From a virus: DNA of 64,000 nt. The DNA is taken from positions 64,001-128,000 of the IMG/VR virus record IMGVR_UViG_3300031841_003468. One strand, written 5' to 3'. The notes beneath the pieces were generated by a model that saw only the letters and a list, made by a program, of their open reading frames with translations, did not search any database and was not told where the DNA came from. Below, one piece after another: positions 1 to 8,758 of this stretch. The translations under genes and the position numbers were made by a program. Numbering within the stretch: the stretch's first letter is position 1; each line of letters begins with the position of its first letter.

Positions 1-47
1 TGTGTTAATGTATCTCCACCATATTATATAGGAAACATCGACATATG

Positions 48-248
48 TCAATCTTTTGTTGAAAGAAACTCTAGAATATCTTCTAATTTTATCTTAGATT
101 TTGTACCGTCATTCCATCGGATCGCTATGTACTGATGGTCTTCCTCATTGAAGTGGTCATCCATATTGCTTACACACCTAAGATATTTAGTATGACCTGA
201 ATCCTGAACTGACTCTATTGCTATTCTTGTCATCCATTTTTTAGACAT
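48..248 (-). CDS. hypothetical phage protein
   Basis: ORF in tightly packed minus-strand run, overlaps the stop of the upstream ORF. Confidence 0.6.
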   Translation of the reverse strand: MSKKWMTRIAIESVQDSGHTKYLRCVSNMDDHFNEEDHQYIAIRWNDGTKSKIKLEDILEFLSTKD

Positions 249-513
249 TAGGGAATATATCCTTAAATATAATTGTTAGCCAGTGTACTAAAGGTGGACT
301 GAATGCCGCCAATGTAACACATATAGTAGCGAAAAAGAAGTCAGCCCAATCTATGATAGGCTTAGTATATTTGATACCTCTATCCCACTTAGGTTTTGAA
401 TCAGTCTTAGGTGGTTCGTATGGATTACTCATCGTCCCATCCTCTCTAACAACCAGCCATTCATGGTCATCAGTATAATAACCAACATGGTCAGGGTGTT
501 TGGGGTTATACAA
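241..513 (-). CDS. hypothetical protein with C-terminal TM segment
   Basis: ORF; hydrophobic WADFFFATICVTLAAF segment; start uncertain. Confidence 0.55.
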   Translation of the reverse strand: MYNPKHPDHVGYYTDDHEWLVVREDGTMSNPYEPPKTDSKPKWDRGIKYTKPIIDWADFFFATICVTLAAFSPPLVHWLTIIFKDIFPNV

Positions 514-576
514 TATATAATACAGTTAGCGACTGCGAGTACTGCACAGAATCGAGATGTTCGCATCCATCTCATA

Positions 577-936
577 TTATCGACCGTACATGTCTTCTAT
601 GCGTACAATGTCGTCTTCAGAAAAGATTCCACTTGGGGACAGTTGTACCTCAATAAAGATCATACCTTCTTCTCCACCAATAGCACGATGTGTAGCACCT
701 AATGGGATGTGTCTGATGTCACCTGCCTTAACCTTACCTCTACTTGTACCGACTTGAACTTCTCCGCTACCACTGACAACAGTCCATACTTCGGATCTAT
801 GGGTATGATACTGTAAGCTAAGTGCCGCACCGGGATTTACCCAGATTCTTTTCACCTTAGTATACTCAGTATCTAATAAGTTTTCAAACTTACCCCAAGG
901 TCTTACCTCAGTATAGTTGCCACCAGTATTAGCCAT
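577..936 (-). CDS. mannose-6-phosphate isomerase type II-like cupin
   Basis: RPWG...VKRIWVNPG..LSLQYHTHRSEVW...IEVQ...EDDIVRIEDMYGR, typical of the ManC C-terminal/PMI-II cupin; start ATG 936 chosen by RBS. Confidence 0.9.
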   Translation of the reverse strand: MANTGGNYTEVRPWGKFENLLDTEYTKVKRIWVNPGAALSLQYHTHRSEVWTVVSGSGEVQVGTSRGKVKAGDIRHIPLGATHRAIGGEEGMIFIEVQLSPSGIFSEDDIVRIEDMYGR

Positions 937-1123
937 TATATCCACCCTTTTCTAGGTCAGTTAATAGTTCACAATAGTCTTTAAGTAAACGTTCGGCTGT
1001 AGGAGCATCCAGTTCACTATAGTCTCGTGCTTCCAGTCTGTATTTAATCTCGTTGATCTTATCTGTTACTGCCTGAATAAGCAGTTGATCAATCGGGATT
1101 GGTTCATATACTTCATCCATCAT
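929..1123 (-). CDS. hypothetical protein
   Basis: ORF overlapping both neighbours. Confidence 0.6.
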   Translation of the reverse strand: MMDEVYEPIPIDQLLIQAVTDKINEIKYRLEARDYSELDAPTAERLLKDYCELLTDLEKGGYNG

Positions 1124-1370
1124 CTTTCTCCGTTACAATGGTATCGTCAATCATATACATACCATCGAAGCATTCGCCACATATACTACTCAACATGATT
1201 TCTCGTTCATCTGGGGTAAGATAAGGAAATGCTTCTTGAATAGGTGCACCAGCTTCGTTCCAAGCGTAAAAGTCCAGTTCTTTAACATATAAAGTAACAA
1301 TCTTACTGCACATTGTACACTGGCAGTGTATTGCTTGACTATTTGTAGTATCCTTGCTCATCTTTATCAC
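1113..1370 (-). CDS. Zn-finger hypothetical phage protein
   Basis: CTMC...CGEC with IQEAFPYLTPDEREI motif common in phage hypotheticals. Confidence 0.7.
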   Translation of the reverse strand: MIKMSKDTTNSQAIHCQCTMCSKIVTLYVKELDFYAWNEAGAPIQEAFPYLTPDEREIMLSSICGECFDGMYMIDDTIVTEKDDG

Positions 1371-1545
1371 TATCTCCCGTCTTATTCTTATGAAACTTCT
1401 TCCATTGTTTATAAATAGACTTTACCTCATTGTAAGCCTCGTCAGATGTTATATGTCCACCTTGTTCAAGGTCACATATAATACCCATATGAATACTCAG
1501 ACCCTTAAAAGGATCACCGTAGCTACTAAAGTCCACTTTCCTCAT
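1339..1545 (-). CDS. hypothetical phage protein
   Basis: ORF with IICDLEQGGHITSDEAYNEVK motif. Confidence 0.6.
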   Translation of the reverse strand: MRKVDFSSYGDPFKGLSIHMGIICDLEQGGHITSDEAYNEVKSIYKQWKKFHKNKTGDSDKDEQGYYK

Positions 1546-1729
1546 TATTAGATGTTCCTATGTGATTGGGGATTTCTAGATTCGCACTAAATTCTCTGCG
1601 AGCATGAATACATGCCTCTCTAGTATTATAGCCCTCAGACCTATATAGGACACGACTTTCTTCAGAAAAAGCCCAGAAACTCCATTGATGGTTGGTATTA
1701 ACCAATCCATAATTCTTAATTTTTATCAT
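1526..1729 (-). CDS. hypothetical (YegP/DUF1508-like)
   Basis: W.F....RVLYRSEGYNTREAC resembles the DUF1508 SEGY motif. Confidence 0.45.
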   Translation of the reverse strand: MIKIKNYGLVNTNHQWSFWAFSEESRVLYRSEGYNTREACIHARREFSANLEIPNHIGTSNNEESGL

Positions 1730-1869
1730 TCTTCATCTCCCTAATAGTTTTTCTTAGTCGTTTAACAGTGTCTTCTAATTCTCGCTGTCTCTTAAGTAGG
1801 CGTTCATATCTGAACTCCCACTTAGCCTCTCGGCGTATACAGTCCTCACAATCAGGCTTTGGTATATTG

Positions 1870-2754
1870 TTATTCCACTCCACGATTCACCTCATTGATA
1901 ATAAATAGTGCATCAATCGGGGAAACAATGCCATCGCCAGTCACGTCAGGACTATTAGCAAAGTAAGAGTCGATAGGAGAATAGTCATCATTCAGCGTCT
2001 GCTCTGGAGTAACAGTGTTTGCTTCTGCTATAATATCTATAGCTTCTTCTGCAAATCTCTCGCCCAGAATCCTATATCCCTCGGAAGTATAGTGAAGATC
2101 ATTAGGACTATTAGAGAAGTCATTGAGATCATCAGTATCAACCCATCGGCCATTCATTTTATATTCTCGTAGTGCATTCCAAGTCGCAGCATCGTGTCTT
2201 GGCCCAGTAAAGTCAGATAGTCGTCCGTCAACTTTCTCAACCTCTACACCTGTCGCATCCGAGAGAACACTTAACATTCCAGTAAATGCTTCATCATATT
2301 CACTGATTGGTGTTCTTAGATACGAATCTCTTTCACCCTGCATCCACAGTAATGTTACTGAATCATACTCAGTATTCGGAATTTGAGATAAGATCTGATT
2401 CAGATAACCTACGGGACTGTCAGTATCCACATTATACCAGTCAGAAATCGGTCGGCCACCTTCATTAACCTTGATGTGATCTACGTTAACATTATTATCT
2501 TCAGCCCATGAGTTAGTATGCGTAGTAAAGTGTCCGAGATTCATCCCGGCCATATTAGACTGGCCTGATAATATAAATAGGTGATTAGAATCTTCTGGAA
2601 TCTCAACAATAGGTTCTGCATCGACACTATTGATAGCATTTATAACGATAAGTGCATCAATCGGACTCACATAGCCGTCATTGTTAATATCTAATTCTAA
2701 GTCTGCCGCTAATAACCGGCGATCTTCTAAACTCTCGAATCTTAATTTACGCAT
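1870..2754 (-). CDS. SASA (sialate O-acetylesterase/CE6-like SGNH) protein with planctomycete extracellular motif and two dockerin-like repeats
   Basis: MRKLRFESLEDRRLLA N-terminus; DINNDGYVSPIDALIVIN and DVTGDGIVSPIDALFIIN; LFILSGQSNM, WMQGE, DLHY motifs; RBS GGAG before ATG 2754. Confidence 0.88.
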   Translation of the reverse strand: MRKLRFESLEDRRLLAADLELDINNDGYVSPIDALIVINAINSVDAEPIVEIPEDSNHLFILSGQSNMAGMNLGHFTTHTNSWAEDNNVNVDHIKVNEGGRPISDWYNVDTDSPVGYLNQILSQIPNTEYDSVTLLWMQGERDSYLRTPISEYDEAFTGMLSVLSDATGVEVEKVDGRLSDFTGPRHDAATWNALREYKMNGRWVDTDDLNDFSNSPNDLHYTSEGYRILGERFAEEAIDIIAEANTVTPEQTLNDDYSPIDSYFANSPDVTGDGIVSPIDALFIINEVNRGVE

Positions 2755-2755
2755 T

Positions 2756-3516
2756 CTATTTTCTCCTTCTTCCCCTGTATGCATCTATTATAATCTTTAT
2801 AGACTTGCATGTCAAGTAAAAAGTGATAGACAAAAAGCAAATTGTGGATATTAATCCTATCGTAACACATATATTAGGTGGATAGTGTAGCCAATCTATC
2901 ATTTAGACTGATGTCCTCTGTATATACAGTAAGCCATGAATCCTATCATGATTGTGGCTGCACAGCCCTTGAAAACAACATCCCAGAAATTAAGTAAGTC
3001 TTCCATATTAATTCTCCTTATCCCATCCGTGTGCGAGGCACCACACACTAAAAAGTAACCAAAACAAACACCAACATATTAAAAAACGTAGTAGGAAGTA
3101 ATTGAAACTAAAATCGTGCTCAAGGCCTCCGGCATCAGCAAATAACATATTAGCTCCCTTCTAATTCTTTAATAGTCCTATTTCTTACATGTATAAACCA
3201 AATAGTGGTATATACAGCGGCGAATATTACATATATATCGTATTCAGTACTCATATTATATACTATTCGTCCTTATTGTCAATATCTTTATAGTCGTAAT
3301 ATAAGAATATAAACCATATAGCTGTCAATATAGCCAGTATACCGCCCTCAAACATCTTCATTACTCCTTGTTAATATATATATTAGTATGCCAGATATCA
3401 GTAATATAGCTATTGTGCCGTAATCCATGTTAATAACCTCTTTTGTATATATCATATAGACAGGCACCTAATAATATACCTGCCAGCATACCAAAGCTAA
3501 ACCCTACCATAAACAT
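2756..3516 (-). CDS. seven tandem single-TM micropeptide ORFs (3430-3516, 3348-3428, 3263-3361, 3150-3254, 3008-3148, 2899-3006, 2756-2902)
   Basis: manually translated 26-48 aa ORFs, abutting or overlapping, several with GGAG/GAGG RBS, each with one hydrophobic stretch. Confidence 0.7.
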
Positions 3517-3518
3517 AA

Positions 3519-3863
3519 TTACTTCCATTCTTTTTCCGGCATCTCTAAATCGTCAAATTCCATATAGTCCGCAGTAAGCTCTTCACCTTCTGCTATATCC
3601 TTGCGAGCATATAAAGCAACGAAAGGACTTGGATGTTTACGATCTACATAGCAATTCGGCTCCCATGAATGATTATATAGATTGTTAGGCTTGAAGTTAA
3701 CATATGTATTAAACACACTATTCCACATGTGGGTGATATGAATGAAGTCTCCGGCAGGAATATCGACCTTAGCGAATAAACCTACCCCATGAATATCAGA
3801 ATCTCTTAATTCGATCCTTTCGTCCATTACACCTTTAGAGTTGAATGAATCACTCAGTCTCAT
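3519..3863 (-). CDS. SET-domain protein (putative lysine methyltransferase)
   Basis: IHGVGLFA..DI..G, YNHSWEPNC, ARKDIAEGEELTADY SET signature motifs. Confidence 0.9.
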   Translation of the reverse strand: MRLSDSFNSKGVMDERIELRDSDIHGVGLFAKVDIPAGDFIHITHMWNSVFNTYVNFKPNNLYNHSWEPNCYVDRKHPSPFVALYARKDIAEGEELTADYMEFDDLEMPEKEWK

Positions 3864-4005
3864 TTTCGTCTCCATGTTTCTCATAGTGCCAAATTGTGTT
3901 AGAGAGCCACTTCCGAGTGACTTTCTCGCCTTCCTCTACCTTTTGATTGATTTTAGCAGTAAGATAGAGCAGCATTTTATTGTCTACAGTGATTGATCTA
4001 AGCAT
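3850..4005 (-). CDS. hypothetical protein
   Basis: GGAGG RBS before ATG 4005 within track ORF 3850..4191. Confidence 0.55.
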   Translation of the reverse strand: MLRSITVDNKMLLYLTAKINQKVEEGEKVTRKWLSNTIWHYEKHGDENETE

Positions 4006-4442
4006 TTTTCGTGCCTCCAGTACATTATATCCACCTACAGGAGGTAAAACAAATAAATTCTTGTAAAATATCGGTTTCTTTTCGTTTTCTCTGAGTTTTC
4101 TCCAGATTGGGCAAAAAACCCACAGAATTAAACCCCCTAGAAGTGAATTGGGCCAGCTAGTTTTACTAGGAACCAGTAATAAGTAACCCATATAGAATTA
4201 AATATGCAGAATGCCTCAAAACGCTTAAATCTTAGGTATTTTTCATCTTTCATGTATCTATCTCCCATAGAAGAACTATAAGTAAATAACCCTAAAGAAT
4301 AATAAGAAGAAACATGAGGATTTAGAAAAAACAGTGATTTGTATCTAGTACCAACACAACACACGCTACTATATAAAATAAGTACAAAATCCGGCCTAAA
4401 TTATATACTAAGTGATACAAAAACCCTCAGTTTCAGATTTAG

Positions 4443-4778
4443 TTATTCTCCTCCTAGTAGTTCTAGTATAATTTCTTTACCTTTATCAGGAATAATCTTA
4501 AGTTCAGTGTCAGTATGGCCAAAAAACCATGTTCCTTCACAATCTCCTTTAATTTCTGATGTCATTAGTCCCGATTTGGAACCATCCCCATTCAGGAGCA
4601 CCTTTTCGGTAAAGACAGACATTCTTCCCATCTGCCAGTCACCCAGCTTAAAGTCAGGACTCTTGTATCCAGCAGGCGAGCTGTACTCTTTGAAGATTTT
4701 TACTCTCTCTTTAACAATATTCTTAGGTTTGCCAAAGTGCTTGTAGATAGTTTTCTTGATTCGGTCTTCCATTTTCAT
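4443..4778 (-). CDS. hypothetical protein
   Basis: AAGGAG RBS, upstream promoter 4817-4844. Confidence 0.7.
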   Translation of the reverse strand: MKMEDRIKKTIYKHFGKPKNIVKERVKIFKEYSSPAGYKSPDFKLGDWQMGRMSVFTEKVLLNGDGSKSGLMTSEIKGDCEGTWFFGHTDTELKIIPDKGKEIILELLGGE

Positions 4779-5659
4779 GCTAGTCTCCTTTTCTTTTAGC
4801 AGGTTAGTATGCCATCATTATAACATACTTGCACAGGTTGTCAATAGATTATTTTAATTTATCTGAGATTATTATTACGGGTAACATTATAAGTAGAGAT
4901 ATATGTACTGGGAACTGCACGGTAAATAATATAGCTAGTGCTCCAGTAACAATTCTATTTCTGCTAGTTATTATAGTAGGCTGTTTCATAAATTTCAAAA
5001 ACTCATTACAGTTTGATTCTTTAGTTTCTTTCTGCCCTTATTATAGGTATATCGGCACATAAGTCAACCATCTGTACTGACTTTTTCAAAAATATCCATA
5101 TTTATTCTGGAGGCTAATATATATACTAGGACGGAACAAATGTTTCGGGTGTATCCTTTTGATGACATATGCTCCAAACTGTTATCAATTTGAATACACT
5201 TTCGGAATACTATATATCTTTCGGGGGAATTATTGGCCGGAACAAAATAATTATGTGCAATTTGGCTCAAAACTAACTATAATAGAAACGTAAGGAGTTT
5301 CAATTAGTCAGTACTCTTATCTGTTACTAAATGTGGAACTTACCTAACGCTAAATCGAAAACTAACTACCCCACTTGGTTTATCGGTTTTTAGCAGAAGT
5401 AAATGAATAGATGAAGTAAGTTAATATATATTTCTAAGACAGTTGGTAGATCAAACATTTATTTTCCTTTTACTCTGCTACTCTTATTCGTGGACTAATA
5501 CTCGTTCTTTGTAGTATATATTCTTAAGTCCAACTCAACACACATTTTTTTTACGTTCCTATTTTCGCTGGCTATTAAGATATAGAGGGAGTCTTATACG
5601 GTTAGCTTGTACAATGGTGAATAATTCTTAATAAATATAGTTCTTTGTGTAATATATTA

Positions 5660-5832
5660 TGTGGACACGTAGCAAAACAAAATTTCCTCACTGTTTTGCC
5701 GGATTTTACGATAAACAACAATTATATCCGTGTGTGCAAGGCGACTTGTATACATAATTATCGGATCTCCGATTAGTGTCATCGCTGTCTCCTCGGCCCG
5801 TATGCGTTGTTTAGCGTTACGGGCCTTTTTTT
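5660..5832 (+). ncRNA. candidate ~170-nt multibranch structured RNA (or attenuator leader)
   Basis: TTGTGTAA motif at 5645; stems 5664-68/5776-80, 5672-79/5692-99, 5700-04/5726-30, 5731-40/5745-54 (GCGA tetraloop, two G.U), 5760-64/5769-73; ends in terminator. Confidence 0.6.
5795..5832 (+). terminator. intrinsic terminator
   Basis: GGCCCGTA...TACGGGCC followed by T7. Confidence 0.85.
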
Positions 5833-5863
5833 ATGTCGCAACAATGAGTTATGGGAGTATCAC

Positions 5864-6550
5864 ATGTTAAGAAGAGAATTTATCGGTGTCGCAGCCGCAA
5901 CTATAATAAGCAGACCGTCTCTGGTAGCAGCAAGGGATAACAAGCCTTGTCTTAAATGTCTAGAAGCCAAAAACAGACCAGAACAAAATAAGAAAGTATC
6001 TTGGGGTCAACGTACATTAGGTTACGCTATCTTTCATGGAGATGATGAAGACCTAGATATTGAAATCTGGCGTGGTGAAATAGCTGCTGCATTTGACTCT
6101 TGGGCTAAACACACTAATCTCTTCTTTCAGGAACTAACTAATCCTCGTGCGATGCCATATGCTCATATCGGATTCTCTGTTGGTAATAGCCCGGAAGAGA
6201 AATTCGGTGAGAAGAATGGTGTATTAGGCTGGGCCTATATGCCGACTGAGGAAAACTTTGTTGGTCAGTTACTATGTAAGTTCGATCTAGCCGAACAATG
6301 GGTATTGGAACCTGAGGAATTTGGAATCTGCTTAAGGACTGTAGCAGCACACGAGATAGGGCATCTATTGGGCCTATACCACTCTGAGAGTAAAGATGAT
6401 CTTATGTATCCTACTTATAATAAAAACTTTACAGAACCTCAGAGAGGCGACGTGAAGACCCTACAGAGCATTTATGGAAAACCTGCTCGTAATAAGGAAA
6501 GATGGCTGGAGAAGTACATTGAAGATCTAAAGAAACAAAGATCTAAATAG
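5864..6550 (+). CDS. matrixin (M10 metzincin) metalloprotease with Tat signal
   Basis: MLRREFIG twin-arginine signal; HEIGHLLGLYH zinc motif; LMYP Met-turn; GGGAG RBS before ATG 5864. Confidence 0.9.
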   Translation: MLRREFIGVAAATIISRPSLVAARDNKPCLKCLEAKNRPEQNKKVSWGQRTLGYAIFHGDDEDLDIEIWRGEIAAAFDSWAKHTNLFFQELTNPRAMPYAHIGFSVGNSPEEKFGEKNGVLGWAYMPTEENFVGQLLCKFDLAEQWVLEPEEFGICLRTVAAHEIGHLLGLYHSESKDDLMYPTYNKNFTEPQRGDVKTLQSIYGKPARNKERWLEKYIEDLKKQRSK

Positions 6551-6581
6551 TATATTAGCCACCCTATAGTTCCTGATCAAT

Positions 6582-6615
6582 GCCCCGTTAACTTTCACGA
6601 GTTGCGGGGTTTTTT
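6582..6615 (+). terminator. intrinsic terminator
   Basis: GCCCCG...CGGGGT hairpin followed by T-run after matrixin. Confidence 0.75.
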
Positions 6616-6782
6616 GCTGGGTATAAGAAATCAGAAGGGGTCTATATATATTAGCTGAGACAGCCGATTTTGGCTGGGTCTTTGAAAGCAGAGGTGTCGT
6701 CTGTATATTTTAGGAAGTACACAAATTTGGCTAGGTATGAGAAAGCAGAGGTGTAGTCTTACAGACTTAGCTAAGACACCCC
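6612..6782. repeat. 3 x 57-bp degenerate tandem repeat (non-coding)
   Basis: units start 6612, 6669, 6726: TTTgGCTrGGTaTnaGAAAgCAGAgGtG..GTCT...TTAG. Confidence 0.8.
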
Positions 6783-7001
6783 CTATTCTGGGGGCATTCC
6801 GTGTAGTGGCAGCTCCTCGGCATACTCGATCTTACCTTCATGTATCAGGTAGTCAGTGTATGCAATGATCCAAGGCTGCTGTAGTGTGAATATACCCTCC
6901 AGCTTAGTGGTGCATAAACCTTCCCTATTCCATGTACCAGCACAACCTACATAATGAGATAGAGTCATAAGAGTATCAAATTGTAAATACATTCGTTTCA
7001 T
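6783..7001 (-). CDS. hypothetical protein
   Basis: GGAGG RBS, TAATG coupling. Confidence 0.65.
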   Translation of the reverse strand: MKRMYLQFDTLMTLSHYVGCAGTWNREGLCTTKLEGIFTLQQPWIIAYTDYLIHEGKIEYAEELPLHGMPPE

Positions 7002-7189
7002 TAGAATTTACCTCCTAATATGTAACCAATAGCAAAAACAAGAAATGGAAGAAGTATGAAAAAACCAGTCCACTGAATAAACGGGATAGGACTCTGCATA
7101 AGCAAGCAACCTAAACCACCAACCATATATGGCCAATAAAGACTTACAAGGGATAAACCCATTCTCTTAACTATATCACCATCACTCAT
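7001..7189 (-). CDS. small membrane protein
   Basis: two hydrophobic helices, GGAG RBS, promoter 7218-7245. Confidence 0.7.
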   Translation of the reverse strand: MSDGDIVKRMGLSLVSLYWPYMVGGLGCLLMQSPIPFIQWTGFFILLPFLVFAIGYILGGKF

Positions 7190-7278
7190 ATTAAATCTCC
7201 TCTCCCCTTTACACCCTATTATATATATTCATCGGCATAAGTCAATAGAAAACTTTAATAATTCCGTGACTATTTTTA

Positions 7279-7330
7279 CCCCCCTTTCGGGTGGCGGGGG
7301 TGCCGGGCCCCTTACCCCCCACTAAAGGGG
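7279..7330 (+). repeat. 52-bp GC-rich nested palindrome, copy 1
   Basis: CCCCCC TTTC GGGTGG CGGGGG TGCCGG GCCCCTTA CCCCCC ACTA AAGGGG. Confidence 0.95.
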
Positions 7331-7498
7331 TTCATAGGTATCACAATGCCCAACAGCTTCACCCACTATACCGAAGTCCTCAATAGTCTTTACCCGTGCC
7401 TTAAGTGCCGCCAGTATCACATCATCGGATAAGTCGAACGGCTCGCATTCGTCTGTCGTAACTTCAAAACATATATCTAAAACGTGTGTGTACTTCAT
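7322..7498 (-). CDS. hypothetical protein
   Basis: GGAG RBS before ATG 7498. Confidence 0.6.
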   Translation of the reverse strand: MKYTHVLDICFEVTTDECEPFDLSDDVILAALKARVKTIEDFGIVGEAVGHCDTYEPL

Positions 7499-7606
7499 CG
7501 TGTCATCTCCCAGCTTAAACACTCATTTTCCATAAGCTCATTCAGGTAGTTGTATACTTCCACACTATCAACATCGTCATGGTCAAACTCTAATTCAATT
7601 ATTACT

Positions 7607-7834
7607 TTAGCCATTTTGCAAATCCTTCAATGCTGGAATCGTAAACCTAGTTCTTAGTTGGTGCATAGCAGAAAGAATCTCCTGCTCAAGCTCAGCCGCC
7701 TCAGTTAGGCTATAGACATAATTAGCTACACCTAACTCAACAGTCTCATCAACTATCTGACAGCTAACATACTTACCGACGTAAACATCTTGGATGATGT
7801 TACCATCTACTTCTGTTGGTTCAATATATCTCAT
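7607..7834 (-). CDS. hypothetical protein
   Basis: AAGGA RBS. Confidence 0.65.
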   Translation of the reverse strand: MRYIEPTEVDGNIIQDVYVGKYVSCQIVDETVELGVANYVYSLTEAAELEQEILSAMHQLRTRFTIPALKDLQNG

Positions 7835-7838
7835 TTCC

Positions 7839-8252
7839 TTACTCCATAAAACTTAAAACTTTTTTATTATCGTAATATTTTGGCAGGTCTTTTTTGGCAA
7901 ATGGTTTTGCTATAGTTGGTTGGGTACGATCTCTTTCAACATTACAGTGTTCAACATCTTCACCTTTTGGTACATCGTACCACTCAATGGTGACCTTTCC
8001 TTCATAGTCTAGTACCTGAGCGTGAAAGTCAACGTCTATAATACTAACAATCCATTGCTTACCTAGTAGCTTGCTTTGACCATCGAAGGCTATGATGTCA
8101 ATAAATTCACCTTCCATGTCTATGTCGGTTGCGTACTCATACCATTTACTGCCAGCCATACCACCGCCGCAGCTCATCGTTATTCTTTTGCCGCCTTTGA
8201 TAACGGGCGTTTCTACTCGGCGTTGGAACTTGCTCCATAATCCAATTCTCAT
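7839..8252 (-). CDS. hypothetical protein
   Basis: AGGAG RBS, own promoter 8297-8325. Confidence 0.7.
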   Translation of the reverse strand: MRIGLWSKFQRRVETPVIKGGKRITMSCGGGMAGSKWYEYATDIDMEGEFIDIIAFDGQSKLLGKQWIVSIIDVDFHAQVLDYEGKVTIEWYDVPKGEDVEHCNVERDRTQPTIAKPFAKKDLPKYYDNKKVLSFME

Positions 8253-8326
8253 TTCAATTCTCCTAGTGAACTTCTGTAGGTGTGAACAACACCCCTATTA
8301 TACTCCAAATTACAATCCAAGTCAAG

Positions 8327-8590
8327 CTACTCATTGTAAAACCTCAGGTCATCATGATTGCCCATGTATCTGTTACGGCACTCAACTTCAATGTACTGAA
8401 TTTCATACCAGTCATAGTCTTCGCAGTGGTTTTCTAGTAACTGCTTTTGTTTCATTGCTCTATCCAATGAGCAGTAAGCAATACCAACACGGCAACCGTG
8501 ACTGTCGCCTGCATCAAACCCTTCAATCTGGTAGTACCTGAATAGGTCTGGCTTTCTTCTTCTGCTAGTAAGAACGTCTTTAGACTGCAT
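8327..8590 (-). CDS. hypothetical protein
   Basis: AAGGAG RBS, promoter 8629-8656. Confidence 0.7.
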   Translation of the reverse strand: MQSKDVLTSRRRKPDLFRYYQIEGFDAGDSHGCRVGIAYCSLDRAMKQKQLLENHCEDYDWYEIQYIEVECRNRYMGNHDDLRFYNE

Positions 8591-8690
8591 CGCAATCTCC
8601 TTATAGAATGTGTGTTTGTTACTCTCTTATTATATATTATCGGAGCATGAAGTCAAGAACTTTAAGGAATTTTTTGGGATTTATTTTTTA

Positions 8691-8742
8691 CCCCCCTGAT
8701 GGGTGGCAAGGGGGCCGGAGGCCTCACCCCCCAAGAGAGGGG
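8691..8742 (+). repeat. 52-bp element, copy 2
   Basis: CCCCCC TGAT GGGTGG CAAGGG GGCCGG AGGCCTCA CCCCCC AAGA GAGGGG. Confidence 0.95.
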
Positions 8743-8758
8743 TATTCCCATTTGGCAT

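Noticed and set aside
5659-5757. 32-codon ORF (MWTRSK...) or tmRNA in the structured RNA
   Set aside because: no RBS (leaderless use not excluded); no tRNA-like ends or Ala-ending tag
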